NCBI GenBank assembly: GCA_045655185.1
Contig: JAZOOS010000034.1
Location: 84,744 to 148,743, forward strand
DNA from: Eubacteriales bacterium
GTDB taxonomy: Bacteria; Bacillota; Clostridia; Oscillospirales; CAG-272
Length of the DNA: 64,000 nt
Direction of reading: 5' to 3'
In this document: one piece after another, positions 35,504 to 45,564 of the stretch
Layout: each line of letters begins with the position of its first letter
How positions within the stretch are numbered: position 1 is the first letter of the stretch
Notes under the pieces: generated by a model
What the model was told of the DNA's origin: nothing
The model's input: the letters and a program-made list of their open reading frames with translations, nothing else
The model's database searches: none
Translations under genes and position numbers: made by a program

Positions 35504-36607
35504 TTACTTTAACAAGGAAGAAAGCGCACGATAGATCCTTTGGTTTGCATCGGGCGGGGAAAAGGAGGATGCCCCCGCTTCCATGCGGCGCCGCAAAGCA
35601 TCGTTTTCGATGAGCTGCTTCACGGTTTCAAAAAGGCGGCCGCTATCCAGCGCTTCTTCCTTTATCATCACGCCGCCGCCCGCTTTTTGAAAGGCTTCGG
35701 CATTTTTTGTTTGATGGTCGGATGTCACGTTCGGGGAGGGGATCAGGATCGCGGGGCTGTGGGTAAGAGACGCCTCGGTCAGTGTCATGGCCCCCGCGCG
35801 GCAGATAAGAAGATCGGCGGCGCACATGCGAAGGGGCATATCGTCAAGATAAGGCAAAAAGGTGATACGTTTCGGCAGATCTCCAAAGCTTTGGTTGAGA
35901 CTCTCTTTAAATTCTTTTTCGTAACGGGCACCGTACCCATGCATAAAACAGATATTTGGATTTTTAAGAATATACTCTCCTAAAAGAGATAAAACGGCTT
36001 GGTTTAAGGGCGCCGCCCCAAGGCTACCCCCAAAGGAAACGATCAGCCTTGCCCCCTTGGGGATTCCAAGCCTCTTTCGTGCCTCTTCCTTTTTATAACG
36101 GCAAAAGGAGGGAAGGGTCGGACATCCGACATGAAGCGTATTGCAGGGGGGAAGATGCTCCTTAGCGGAGGGGAAATTCAAAAGAACGAGATCCATACGT
36201 GCCGATAGCTTCCTCGTTGCAAGCCCTGGAATCGCGTTTGATTCGTGCAGAGCTGTCTTAATTCCAAGCCGTGAGGCGGCCAGAAGTGTTGGCCAGCAAA
36301 CGTATCCTCCTGTTCCGATCGCAAGATCGGGCTTGATGTTTCTAAGAATTCCTTCGGCCGCAAGGGGAGCGGTGGCGGCCTGATACAGCGCTTTCACGTT
36401 TTTTAGGGAAAGAGAGCGTTTAAGGCCGCTGATTTTAATGGGATAGAAGGGAATTTTGGCCTTTTCAACAAGCCGTCGTTCCATTCCGTTTGGGGTTCCA
36501 ACGAAAAAAAGCTCGGTATCGGGGCGGTTTTCCAAGAAGATTTCGGCGATTGCTAAAGCGGGATTCACGTGTCCCGCTGTGCCGCCGCCCGTGAGCAGAA
36601 GCCTCAT
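35504..36607 (-). CDS. murG: UDP-GlcNAc:lipid I N-acetylglucosaminyltransferase MurG
   Basis: 367-aa ORF starting MRLLLTGGGTAGHVNPALA, with GGSLGA and a late HQTKNA motif. Confidence 0.95.
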   Translation of the reverse strand: MRLLLTGGGTAGHVNPALAIAEIFLENRPDTELFFVGTPNGMERRLVEKAKIPFYPIKISGLKRSLSLKNVKALYQAATAPLAAEGILRNIKPDLAIGTGGYVCWPTLLAASRLGIKTALHESNAIPGLATRKLSARMDLVLLNFPSAKEHLPPCNTLHVGCPTLPSFCRYKKEEARKRLGIPKGARLIVSFGGSLGAAPLNQAVLSLLGEYILKNPNICFMHGYGARYEKEFKESLNQSFGDLPKRITFLPYLDDMPLRMCAADLLICRAGAMTLTEASLTHSPAILIPSPNVTSDHQTKNAEAFQKAGGGVMIKEEALDSGRLFETVKQLIENDALRRRMEAGASSFSPPDANQRIYRALSSLLK

Positions 36608-36618
36608 AGATCCTCCTT

Positions 36619-37821
36619 TTATCGGTATGTAAGCAATGAAGAACGAGAGATTGAAAGCAAGATTCCCATTTCAGCAAAAAGCATTAAAAGCGACGAGCCG
36701 CCGTAGCTAAAAAAGGGAAGAGAGATGCCGGTGTTCGGAATTGCGTTTGTGACAACCGCGACGTTAAGAAGCACCTGCACAGCTACCTTAATAGAGATGC
36801 CGACGGCGGCAAGGCGGCAAAATGGGTCCGGATTTTTGATGCCAATGAGAAAGGCGCGGCGAATAAACAAAAAAAAGAGAAGCAGAATGGAAAAGGCGCC
36901 GATAAAGCCAAGCTCTTCGCAGGTGATGGTGAAGATGAAATCGTTCGCGGGCTCGGATACCCAACTGTATTTCATACGGCTTTTAAAGAGTCCCAACCCA
37001 AAAAAACCGCCTGAGCCGATGGCCATAAGCCCTTGTAGGGTCTGCCACCCGCCCTCCAAGGGATAAGCGGCAGGATCAAGCCACACGGTGATCCGTTCCT
37101 TAGCGTAAGGGAGCATAAAGGCCAGGCAGGCGACCCCGCAAATACCGCCTCCACACAAAAGGCCAAGTATTTTTTTGGAGGAGCCGGCCGCAAACATAAT
37201 AAGAAGCCCAATAGAGGAAAGAATGATAAGTCCGGACAGATGCCGTTGTAAAACGACCAAAAGGCAGATGGAGCCGATGTAAAGGAAGGGGTAAAGGATT
37301 CCGTAGCGAAGAGCCCCCTTTTTGCTTCCGATTTCTTCTTCGCCGTGCCGCGAAAAATACGATGAAAGCGTTAAAACAAGCGAAAGCTTCGCAAGCTCCG
37401 AGGGCTGAAAGGTAAAGGGGCCAAGGGCGATCCAGCGCTGTGCCCCATTCCCCGTCAGACCAAAGGCAAGGGTTGCCAAAAGCAAAAGAACGGTTACGAG
37501 AAAAAGGGGGGCAGCTCCCTTTTTAAAAAGGTGTGGCGGCAGAAGTGAAACTCCCAGCATAAGGCATATACCGATGGCGACAAACAGGAGCTGCTTTCTG
37601 GAAAAATAGCCGCTATCTCCGTAACGAGCTTCGGCATAAGCGAAGCTTGCCGAAAAAACCATGACTGAGCCAATCGTAATGAGAGAAAGAACCAAAAGCA
37701 GTAAAAGGCGGTCAAACGGGGGGCGACTTGGGCCTTTCAGCTCCCTACGCCCTTTTCTCTTTTCATTTGGACGCCGATCGCTTTTTTTGGAAGAGGAAGG
37801 CGGTAAGCTTTGTTTAATCAT
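36619..37821 (-). CDS. ftsW: SEDS-family peptidoglycan polymerase (FtsW/SpoVE)
   Basis: 400-aa polytopic ORF with SEDS blocks QPSELAKL and LPFFSYGGSS, at the usual dcw position. Confidence 0.9.
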   Translation of the reverse strand: MIKQSLPPSSSKKSDRRPNEKRKGRRELKGPSRPPFDRLLLLLVLSLITIGSVMVFSASFAYAEARYGDSGYFSRKQLLFVAIGICLMLGVSLLPPHLFKKGAAPLFLVTVLLLLATLAFGLTGNGAQRWIALGPFTFQPSELAKLSLVLTLSSYFSRHGEEEIGSKKGALRYGILYPFLYIGSICLLVVLQRHLSGLIILSSIGLLIMFAAGSSKKILGLLCGGGICGVACLAFMLPYAKERITVWLDPAAYPLEGGWQTLQGLMAIGSGGFFGLGLFKSRMKYSWVSEPANDFIFTITCEELGFIGAFSILLLFFLFIRRAFLIGIKNPDPFCRLAAVGISIKVAVQVLLNVAVVTNAIPNTGISLPFFSYGGSSLLMLFAEMGILLSISRSSLLTYR

Positions 37822-37824
37822 AGG

Positions 37825-38814
37825 CTATTTTACCCCAAGAAACGCAAGAAATCCAAGCAAAACCGTTGCTATGGCAAAGGCCTTTACGATCCGATCCTCC
37901 GACCAGCCGCACTTTTCTAAGTGATGATGAAAGGGGGCCATACGGAAAAGGCGTTTTTTTGTCAACTTGTAATACCCGACTTGTAAAATTACTGATATTC
38001 CCTCGAAGATATAAACGAACCCGACAACGAGAAGCAGAAGTGGGGAATCCAAAGTGAAGGCACATCCAACGACCGTTCCGCCCAAAAAAAGTGAGCCCGT
38101 GTCCCCCATAAACACCTTGGCAGGATGCCGGTTAAAGAAAAGAAAGGCAAGACATCCGCCCATAAGCGCCGCCGAAAGCACAAGGGTGCTTTCGTTGAAA
38201 AGGGTGGCTGCCGCCAAGGAAAAAAAGGCGCCCACAAGGAGCGTGACGGTCGTGCAAAGGCCGTCGATCCCATCGGTAAGATTGACACAATTTACCGTAC
38301 CGACACAAAGTATTAGCGCAAAGAAGTAATAGGAAAAGCCAAAATCAACGACGGTGTTGAAATAAGGGATATAAAAGGCGGTATCGATATAACCGTATAT
38401 GCGTAAAAGGACAAGATAGGCAGTGGCAAAGGTGATCTGCAAAATAATTTTTTGCGAGGGGGTAAGCCCCTCGTTTTGCTTTTTTCGGAATTTTGTCAGA
38501 TCGTCAACAAGACCAACGACGGCATTTAGCAGTGCATAAAGAAACGCAAGGATCAAGGGACGCAAAAAAAGAGTGCTGGTAACCTTGATCAAAAGAATAT
38601 AGGCCAAAATGACCGCAAGAAAAATGCCCCCCAAAAAGGCAAGGCCTCCCATAGTCGGCGTCCCTTCCTTGGCACGGTGCCAAGCGGGGCCGATCTCAAG
38701 GATTTTTTGCCCCAAGTGACGCCGACGTAAGATAGGCAACAAAAGACGCATAAATAAAACCGTTAAGAAAAGGGCCGCAAGAAAGCCGCAAAGAAACGAA
38801 TATACGGTAGTCAT
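37825..38814 (-). CDS. mraY: Phospho-N-acetylmuramoyl-pentapeptide transferase MraY
   Basis: 329-aa ORF with KEGTPTMGG, NLTDGIDGL and APFHHHLE motifs. Confidence 0.95.
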   Translation of the reverse strand: MTTVYSFLCGFLAALFLTVLFMRLLLPILRRRHLGQKILEIGPAWHRAKEGTPTMGGLAFLGGIFLAVILAYILLIKVTSTLFLRPLILAFLYALLNAVVGLVDDLTKFRKKQNEGLTPSQKIILQITFATAYLVLLRIYGYIDTAFYIPYFNTVVDFGFSYYFFALILCVGTVNCVNLTDGIDGLCTTVTLLVGAFFSLAAATLFNESTLVLSAALMGGCLAFLFFNRHPAKVFMGDTGSLFLGGTVVGCAFTLDSPLLLLVVGFVYIFEGISVILQVGYYKLTKKRLFRMAPFHHHLEKCGWSEDRIVKAFAIATVLLGFLAFLGVK

Positions 38815-38827
38815 AAAAATCCTTTCT

Positions 38828-40213
38828 TTATTTTGACGCGTTATGCGTATCCCGAATAAGTTCTTTCACGATCATATCGCCCCCCGCTACGTGCGAGGCC
38901 TTAATAAGGATCACATCATGGGGGAAAATGTTTTTGCTGATATAAAGACAGCATGCTTTAGCCGTTTGAAAGGTATGTATGTCCTTTTGAGGAAGCCCCC
39001 CTGAAAGTGCCCCCTTTTTGTAAGCGTCGGCCATTTTTCCGAAGGCAATAAGAAGGTGCGCCGCACGGGCGGCTTCTCGCCCGATCTCTTCATGGATAGC
39101 GGTCGAACCGTCCCCAAGCTCTGCCATATCGCCGAGAACGGCAATACGCCGTCTTTTCTCTCCCACTTTTAAGAGCAAAGAAAGGGCCGCCTTCATCGAC
39201 TCGGGCGATGCATTATAAGTATCGTCAATTATCGTGTATTCATTCAAAGCAAGAAGCTGCTGACGCCCCTTTACGGCAATCGGCTCCCCAAAGGCTGTAA
39301 GGGCCTCTTCCCAACCGATTCCGAGGTGGCCGGCCAGCGAAAGAGCGAAAAGAAGCGCCCAAAGCCCCACTGGGCTTACAAGCGGAAGCGAAACGGGAAG
39401 TGCCCGTGTTTTATTGCATAGCGTAAAGCTTGCTGTTTGATGAAAAAAATCTATGCTTTCGGCATAAAGATCACCTACGCCCTTTTGTGAAACGAAGAAA
39501 AATCGGTGATCCTTCGTCGGAGAAAGCGATCGAAGCCTTGCGTCATCTCCGTTTAGGAAGGCGGTAGCGCCCTCAGATAGATTTTTTAAAATCGAGGTTT
39601 TTTCCAGAAAGATTTCTTCTTCTCCCCCAAACATACCAAGGTGGGCGTGCCCGATGGCCGTCAGGATGGCGGTGTCGGGGCAAAGAAGCGAGGAGAGGAG
39701 GGCGATCTCCCCGGGATGATTGCTGCCAAGCTCCGCTATCAGAACTTGGCATTCCTTCGGCCTTGAAAGAAGGGTCTTTGCAAGGCCCAAAAGATTGTTT
39801 TCGTTTTCCTTGGTCTTATGGACGTTATAGCGGAGGGAAAGCGCCCTTGCTACGTATTCCTTCGTTGTGGTTTTTCCTACGCTTCCCGTTATTGCGATGA
39901 CATACGGGCGGTTTAATGATAAATGAAGAGAAGCAAGCCTTGCAAAGAAAAGAGCACTATCCGTAACTGTGTGAGCGGAAGGAAAGCGACGCTCGCCCAC
40001 CAAAAGCGATGCCCCCCTTTCCAAGGCTTTCTCCAAAAAGGTGTTTCCGTCTTGCTTTTTCCCACGAAGCGCTATAAAGATATCTCCCTTTTCAACGAGG
40101 CGGGAATCGGTGGTTATGGCGGTAAAAAAATCGGGAAGATCGGTTGTATCGATCGCTTCGTCCAGCGAAGAAAGAAGCGCCTTGGGAAAGGGGATCTCAA
40201 GCTTAATTCTCAT
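38828..40213 (-). CDS. murF: UDP-MurNAc-tripeptide:D-Ala-D-Ala ligase MurF
   Basis: 461-aa ORF with the P-loop ITGSVGKTTTKE and the Mur ligase DDTYNASP block. Confidence 0.9.
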   Translation of the reverse strand: MRIKLEIPFPKALLSSLDEAIDTTDLPDFFTAITTDSRLVEKGDIFIALRGKKQDGNTFLEKALERGASLLVGERRFPSAHTVTDSALFFARLASLHLSLNRPYVIAITGSVGKTTTKEYVARALSLRYNVHKTKENENNLLGLAKTLLSRPKECQVLIAELGSNHPGEIALLSSLLCPDTAILTAIGHAHLGMFGGEEEIFLEKTSILKNLSEGATAFLNGDDARLRSLSPTKDHRFFFVSQKGVGDLYAESIDFFHQTASFTLCNKTRALPVSLPLVSPVGLWALLFALSLAGHLGIGWEEALTAFGEPIAVKGRQQLLALNEYTIIDDTYNASPESMKAALSLLLKVGEKRRRIAVLGDMAELGDGSTAIHEEIGREAARAAHLLIAFGKMADAYKKGALSGGLPQKDIHTFQTAKACCLYISKNIFPHDVILIKASHVAGGDMIVKELIRDTHNASK

Positions 40214-41732
40214 TGGTTACAGTATCTCCGTTTTTTCTTTTTTCAAGCGCGTTTTCAACGATTTTGCGTTCATCAAAGCGGCACACGCCGCTTTTTTTGA
40301 TCTGATAGGTTTCGTGACCCTTTCCGCAAAGAAGAATGATATCCCCCACCTTGGCATGGAGAATGGCGTATTCGATGGCTTCCTTCCGATCTTTTATTAC
40401 CGTATGGGAGGTAGGGTCCTCCATACCCGAAAGAATTTCGTTGATAATATCCTCACTCTTTTCGGTACGGCTGTTATCCGAGGTCACAATGCAAAAATTC
40501 GCAAGCTCCTCGGCAATCTTGCCCATTTTGGGGCGCTTTCCCTTATCACGATCTCCGCCGCAACCGAATAACAGTACGATCCTTTCTGACGGCGCCGCAA
40601 AGGCACGCACGCTCATCAAAAGCGAGCGTAGGGCCTCTTCGGTATGGGCGTAATCAATGAATACCGAAAAAGTCTTATCGAATTCGCCGAGTGGGAGCCT
40701 CTCCATTCGCCCTCGGACGGTCGCCTGCTCAGAAAGCGCTTCGGCTGCGGCAAGCGGGGAAATGCCCAGCTCCTTAGCCGCTGCCGTTGCCAGCATCGAA
40801 TTATAGACCGTAAAGCTTCCGGCGATCGGCACGCGAACGCGCAGCTTCGCCTCGGGCAGCGAAAGTGTATAGGAAACGCCACGGCTGCCAAGCAGGCTGA
40901 TCGAATCGGCGTAATAATCGTTTTGCTTTTCCAAGCCGCAGCATATCATACGGCAGGGGCTTTTCTCCATAAGCACTCTTGAAGCCTTATCGTCCCCGTT
41001 TAAGATCCCAATCTTTGATTGCTTGAAAAGCTTTTGCTTGGCGGAAAGATAGGTGTCGATATCACTGTGAAAATCAAGATGCTCGGGCGAAAGGTTGGTA
41101 AAAATACCTATATCAAACGTAAGGGGATATACCTTTTCAAGCGATAAAGCGTGAGAGGATACCTCCATGACAACATGAGTGATCCCCTCCTCCTTCATTT
41201 TTCGGAGAATGGGGTATAGGATATCGGGGTCGGGGGTCGTCATAGAAAGCAGGCGCTTTCTCTGCTCCTCGTCTTCGGGTAGGGCATAGCGCTTTCCGTC
41301 GTAAAGGCATTCGACTGTACCGATAAGCCCCGCTTTTATGCCTGCTTTTTCCAAAATATTATAAAGCATAACGGCGGTGGAGGTTTTTCCGTTGGTTCCC
41401 GTGATGCCAACAAGACAAAGATCCTTTTGTGGATCGCCGTAAAAGCGGCTGTAGAGAAGTGAAAGCGCGATCCTCGTGTTTTTTACTTCAAAGATGGGGA
41501 TCCCCTGCAAGGGGCTATAGATCGCCCCGCTTTCCACAATGATTGCTGCGGCCCCTCCCTCCTTGATCTTCTCAAGAAGGGTGTGTGAATCAAAGCGTAG
41601 ACCTCGCAGGCACACGAAAAGGCATCCTTGGCAAAGGCCACGCGTATCGCTTGCAATGTGGGATACCTCAATTTTTTCGGGGGAATGCAAAGACGTATAT
41701 TCCCCCTCGTATAAAAGTTCCGAAAGCTTCAT
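40203..41732 (-). CDS. murE: UDP-MurNAc-L-Ala-D-Glu:2,6-diaminopimelate (or Lys) ligase MurE
   Basis: 509-aa ORF with GITGTNGKTST, IDYAHT and a DNSR-type block (TSDNSRTE). Confidence 0.9.
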   Translation of the reverse strand: MKLSELLYEGEYTSLHSPEKIEVSHIASDTRGLCQGCLFVCLRGLRFDSHTLLEKIKEGGAAAIIVESGAIYSPLQGIPIFEVKNTRIALSLLYSRFYGDPQKDLCLVGITGTNGKTSTAVMLYNILEKAGIKAGLIGTVECLYDGKRYALPEDEEQRKRLLSMTTPDPDILYPILRKMKEEGITHVVMEVSSHALSLEKVYPLTFDIGIFTNLSPEHLDFHSDIDTYLSAKQKLFKQSKIGILNGDDKASRVLMEKSPCRMICCGLEKQNDYYADSISLLGSRGVSYTLSLPEAKLRVRVPIAGSFTVYNSMLATAAAKELGISPLAAAEALSEQATVRGRMERLPLGEFDKTFSVFIDYAHTEEALRSLLMSVRAFAAPSERIVLLFGCGGDRDKGKRPKMGKIAEELANFCIVTSDNSRTEKSEDIINEILSGMEDPTSHTVIKDRKEAIEYAILHAKVGDIILLCGKGHETYQIKKSGVCRFDERKIVENALEKRKNGDTVTNEN

Positions 41733-41746
41733 GGGGCACCTCTCTC

Positions 41747-44032
41747 TTATTCTTTGTCGTTATAAAGAAAACGAACTTCTACCGTACTGCCACGCGGCAA
41801 AAGCGTTCCTTTTTGGTGCGATTGGAAGGTTGCGGTCGGTGGATCGGCCCCTTTGGTTTTATCGAGAGAGCCGAGAAGACGAATATTCAGCCCCGCATCG
41901 AGCAGCTTTTCGTTGGCTTGCTTGACCGTAAGGCCGATAAGATCCGGTACCTTTACCTCGTTTTCCTTTTCTTTTTCGGTATACAGCACCACGTGGCCCA
42001 GCGATTTATGTAAGATCGTGCCCGCCACGGGAAGCTGAGACGTGATGACGTCCCCGTCATCGCCCTCTATAAAGGCAGAGATACCCAGCGATTTTAAAGC
42101 GGATCTTGCTTCTTTTACCGTCATGCCGACGTAATGGCCGATGCTGATCGGCTCCATTTCGACCTCTTTTTCTGTATAGACGGCCTCGTAGCCGAGATAG
42201 GGCATGATTTTTGCGGTAAGCGAGGAGATGTAAGGCGCCGCAACTGTTGCCCCAAAATGGGCGGTGGTCGGCTCATCTACCAGAATGATCATGGCAATCT
42301 CGGTGTCGTCATAAGGGGCAAAGGCGGCGCAGGAGCCGATACGAAGCGAGAAATTCCCGTTTGCGTCAGCCTTATCCAGCTTTTCGCTGGTTCCGGTTTT
42401 TGCGGCAATACGGAATCCTTTGGCGTATGCGTTACGGGAAGCTCCTGTGCCCGATACCCCCTCTTCTAAGATCGCGCTGACCGTATCGGCGGCCTCCTTG
42501 GAAACGGCCTGCCTTTTGACCGTAGGCTCATACTGATACACGACGTTTCCATTTTCGTCTGTCAGCTTATCGATAAGATGTGGCGTTACGAGATAGCCGC
42601 CGTTGGCTACGGCCGCGATGGCACAAAGCTCTGCGAGGGGGGTGACCTTGAAGCGCTGGCCGAAGGAGGAGGTGGCAAGCTCTACTGTCCCAAGTGCTTC
42701 CTTGGTATGGAAAAGCGAAGAGGCCTCAGAGGGCAGATCAATGCCGGTTTTTTCAAGAAAACCGAAGGCCTTAAAATAATTGTAAAAATTGTCACTGCCG
42801 ATTTTTGCGGCTACTTGCATCAGGGCGCAGTTGCAGGATTGCTGCAGACCGAAGGAAAAGGGAAAGCCGCGGCCATGGCCGATCTTTCGCCAGCAGGAGA
42901 TACGCACCCCTTTTACCGGAGAATAGCTTCCACCGCAGAAGTAGGAATGATCGGAAAGGGTAGTGGCCCCACAGTCAAAGGCCATGGCGGCTGTCATGAT
43001 CTTAAAGGTGGAGCCGGGCTCGTAAAGCTCGCTGACCGCTTTGTTCTTCCACATTTCAAGCCGTAGCTCATTCTTTCTTTGCGTATATTCGCTACTCCCC
43101 TCGCTAAGCCCCTCGCCGGCAAGAAGCGCTAAGGAAAGCGGGTCAAGCGTGTAGGGGTCGTTCAGATCGAAGGTGGGAGCTGTAGCCATGGCTAAGATCG
43201 CCCCGGTCTTTACGTTCATTACGATTCCCGTCGTGCGGTTTTTTACGTCAAAATCCTCAATGATGCGAGAAAGCTCGCTTTCCAACTCACTTTGAATATA
43301 GGTGTCTATGGTAGTAACGAGGTTTAAACCGTTTTGCGGGGCTTTATAGGTGGTGTAGCCGTAGCTTTGCGCGTTTCCGTGGGCATCGACCGCCGAAAGA
43401 TAGGCACCGTCTTCTCCCTTAAGATCATCGTCGTAGTAATATTCAAGGCCGAAAAGTCCTTGATTGTCACTCCCCGCAAACCCAAGTGTGTGGGAGGCAA
43501 GCCCTCCGTAAGGATAGTAGCGCTTGGTGGACGCCTCTGTATTCACAAGCCCCGTTAAATCGTTATCCGCGATAAAGGAAAGAACTTTTTGGCAAAGCGT
43601 CTCGTCCACTTCCTTTTTGAGGGTGACGTCCAGAACGCGGACGCGTTGCGTTTTTTTATATATTTCGTCACGCGAAATCCCTAAAAGAGCGGAAAGTCCG
43701 TCGGCGATGGTATCGGAGAGGGAATACCCGACCTTTTTCTGGCGGATCGCAATGTTTTTCGGGCTGATATAAATGCGGTATACGGTTTGACTTTCGGCTA
43801 AGACATTTCCGTTTGCGTCGTATATTTTTCCCCTTTGTGCCCGCAGGGCAGAGGAGACGGTTATTTGATCCATAACCTTTTCTTGATAGGCGCTGTAGCC
43901 AAATACCTGCAGGCAAAAGATGCGGATCGCAAGATAGGCAAAGGTTAAAGAAAAAACGATCAGTAAAGCAAGGGTACGCCGACCCGTATTGCGGGAGCCC
44001 ACGGGGGCTTGTTTTAATGCCGTTGGCTTCAT
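41747..44032 (-). CDS. Class B penicillin-binding protein (FtsI/SpoVD-type) with two C-terminal PASTA domains
   Basis: 761-aa ORF with an N-terminal TM helix, transpeptidase motifs STFK, SCN and KTGT, and two PASTA-like repeats at the C-terminus. Confidence 0.9.
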   Translation of the reverse strand: MKPTALKQAPVGSRNTGRRTLALLIVFSLTFAYLAIRIFCLQVFGYSAYQEKVMDQITVSSALRAQRGKIYDANGNVLAESQTVYRIYISPKNIAIRQKKVGYSLSDTIADGLSALLGISRDEIYKKTQRVRVLDVTLKKEVDETLCQKVLSFIADNDLTGLVNTEASTKRYYPYGGLASHTLGFAGSDNQGLFGLEYYYDDDLKGEDGAYLSAVDAHGNAQSYGYTTYKAPQNGLNLVTTIDTYIQSELESELSRIIEDFDVKNRTTGIVMNVKTGAILAMATAPTFDLNDPYTLDPLSLALLAGEGLSEGSSEYTQRKNELRLEMWKNKAVSELYEPGSTFKIMTAAMAFDCGATTLSDHSYFCGGSYSPVKGVRISCWRKIGHGRGFPFSFGLQQSCNCALMQVAAKIGSDNFYNYFKAFGFLEKTGIDLPSEASSLFHTKEALGTVELATSSFGQRFKVTPLAELCAIAAVANGGYLVTPHLIDKLTDENGNVVYQYEPTVKRQAVSKEAADTVSAILEEGVSGTGASRNAYAKGFRIAAKTGTSEKLDKADANGNFSLRIGSCAAFAPYDDTEIAMIILVDEPTTAHFGATVAAPYISSLTAKIMPYLGYEAVYTEKEVEMEPISIGHYVGMTVKEARSALKSLGISAFIEGDDGDVITSQLPVAGTILHKSLGHVVLYTEKEKENEVKVPDLIGLTVKQANEKLLDAGLNIRLLGSLDKTKGADPPTATFQSHQKGTLLPRGSTVEVRFLYNDKE

Positions 44033-44044
44033 AATTCCTCCCAG

Positions 44045-44080
44045 AAAACAAAAAGCGACAGACGGTGTGCGTCTATCGCT
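44045..44080 (-). terminator. Terminator-like hairpin + U-run immediately upstream of the class B PBP SD
   Basis: The minus strand reads AGCGATAGACG-cacac-CGTCTGTCGCT followed by TTTTTGTTTT and then GGGAGG-N8-ATG. A second 13-bp GC hairpin lies at 44119-44152. Confidence 0.55.
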
Positions 44081-44160
44081 AATTTATTCAGTAAACAAAG
44101 GAAATATGCGAAAGGCATGGAAGCGAAGAGGGGTGCCGCCCCCTTCGCTTCCTATTGGGG

Positions 44161-44601
44161 TCAAAGCGAAGGCAGAATCTCTTCCTGCAGAACCATCATT
44201 TCCTGGGCTTCATAGATCTCCAAAGAACCCAGGCCGTTGCTCTTGCTTTTCGAAAGGGCAGAGAAAGAGAGAAACAAAACGAAAGAAAGGCAAAGAAGAA
44301 GAGCAAGAGAAGCAGAAAGAAGCGTCCGCTTTTCGCAAATAGGAGAGCGAAGAGAATGAGGAGAACGAAGGACGGCCGCGCCCCCTTCCACCGTGGGAAG
44401 AAAATTGGCGTGTGTGATATGGCTTTCGGCTGTCATACAATGCAAATCGTTCCGCTCAGGAGAGCCGATGGGGAAGATGTTCCCCTTTGCGCGCGAAAGC
44501 ATCATTTCCCCAACCGTATGTCCGTTATAGGAAAAACGGCTGTAAAGCTTTTCGTAAAGCGGATTTTCGGCATACGAGGCCGATACGTTTTTATCTTTCA
44601 T
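44161..44601 (-). CDS. Putative FtsL-like cell-division protein (by position; long N-terminal tail, single TM)
   Basis: 146-aa ORF whose ATG overlaps the rsmH stop (ATGA). It has the TM helix LLSASLALLLCLSFVLFLSF and sits in the dcw slot between rsmH and the PBP. Confidence 0.55.
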   Translation of the reverse strand: MKDKNVSASYAENPLYEKLYSRFSYNGHTVGEMMLSRAKGNIFPIGSPERNDLHCMTAESHITHANFLPTVEGGAAVLRSPHSLRSPICEKRTLLSASLALLLCLSFVLFLSFSALSKSKSNGLGSLEIYEAQEMMVLQEEILPSL

Positions 44602-45563
44602 CGTACAGCTCCTTTCGGTAAATCGATCTTTTCCGCCACACGCAGCTTGGCGCTTCGTGCGCGAGGGTTGTCCTTTAATTCTTCCTCTGAGGGAAGAATG
44701 GGTTTTTTGGTAAGAATTCTGATCTTCGGCGTTTTATGGCAAACGCAGACGGGGAAATCGCGTGGGCAGGTACAGCCCGAGGCAGCATCTTGAAAAGCGT
44801 TTTTGACCAGCCTGTCCTCTAACGAATGAAAGGAGATGATCGAGATGCGTCCCCCCTCGACCAAAGCATCGACGCCACTCATGATCGCGGGTGTTATAGC
44901 GTCTAGCTCACGGTTGACCTCAATACGAATGGCTTGGAAGGTTCTTTTCGCGGGATGTGGGCCGTCCTCTCTTGCAAAGGCGGGGATCGACGAACGGATC
45001 AGATCCGCCAGTTGAATCGTTGAGGTGATCGGTGCCGCTTGTCTTTCCTTTACGATGCGAGAAGCAATGCGCGAGGCAAAGCGTTCTTCGCCGTATTCTT
45101 TAATAATATGGAACAGCTCGTCCTCAGCATAACGATTAACGACATCGAAGGCCGAAAGGGGAGAGCCCTTATCCATGCGCATATCAAGCGGGGCGTCGTT
45201 CTGATACGAGAAGCCCCTTTCGGGGGTGTCAAATTGAAAGCTGGAGCAGCCGAGATCGGCAACGACACCGCCTAGGTTATCAATGGAAAGCGCGGAAAGC
45301 ACATTTTCAAGATTTTCAAAGTTTTCGTGGACGAAGGTGATCTTGTCCAAAAAGGGAGAAAGGCGTTCCTTGGCCGCCGATAAAGCGTCGGCGTCGCGGT
45401 CGAAGCAGATAAGGCGTCCGCCCTTTCCAAGGCGGCGGGCGATCTCATAGGAATGTCCGCCCCCACCCGTTGTCAGATCGACGTAAGTAAGGTCGGGTTT
45501 TACGGCAAGGCCGTCAACCGTCTCGTTAAGAAGCACAGAGGTGTGCTTGAATTCGATCGCCAT
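44598..45563 (-). CDS. rsmH: 16S rRNA (cytosine1402-N4)-methyltransferase RsmH
   Basis: Start at ATG 45563, giving MAIEFKHTSVLLNE. Other motifs are DLTTGGGGHS and DLGCSSFQFD. Confidence 0.95.
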   Translation of the reverse strand: MAIEFKHTSVLLNETVDGLAVKPDLTYVDLTTGGGGHSYEIARRLGKGGRLICFDRDADALSAAKERLSPFLDKITFVHENFENLENVLSALSIDNLGGVVADLGCSSFQFDTPERGFSYQNDAPLDMRMDKGSPLSAFDVVNRYAEDELFHIIKEYGEERFASRIASRIVKERQAAPITSTIQLADLIRSSIPAFAREDGPHPAKRTFQAIRIEVNRELDAITPAIMSGVDALVEGGRISIISFHSLEDRLVKNAFQDAASGCTCPRDFPVCVCHKTPKIRILTKKPILPSEEELKDNPRARSAKLRVAEKIDLPKGAVR

Positions 45564-45564
45564 A

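Noticed and set aside
44155-44793. A 212-aa plus-strand ORF antisense to the ftsL-like and rsmH genes.
   Set aside because: Its composition is Lys/Arg-rich low-complexity. It overlaps the rsmH 3' end, which has clear homology. The minus-strand ORF is translationally coupled to rsmH (ATGA overlap).
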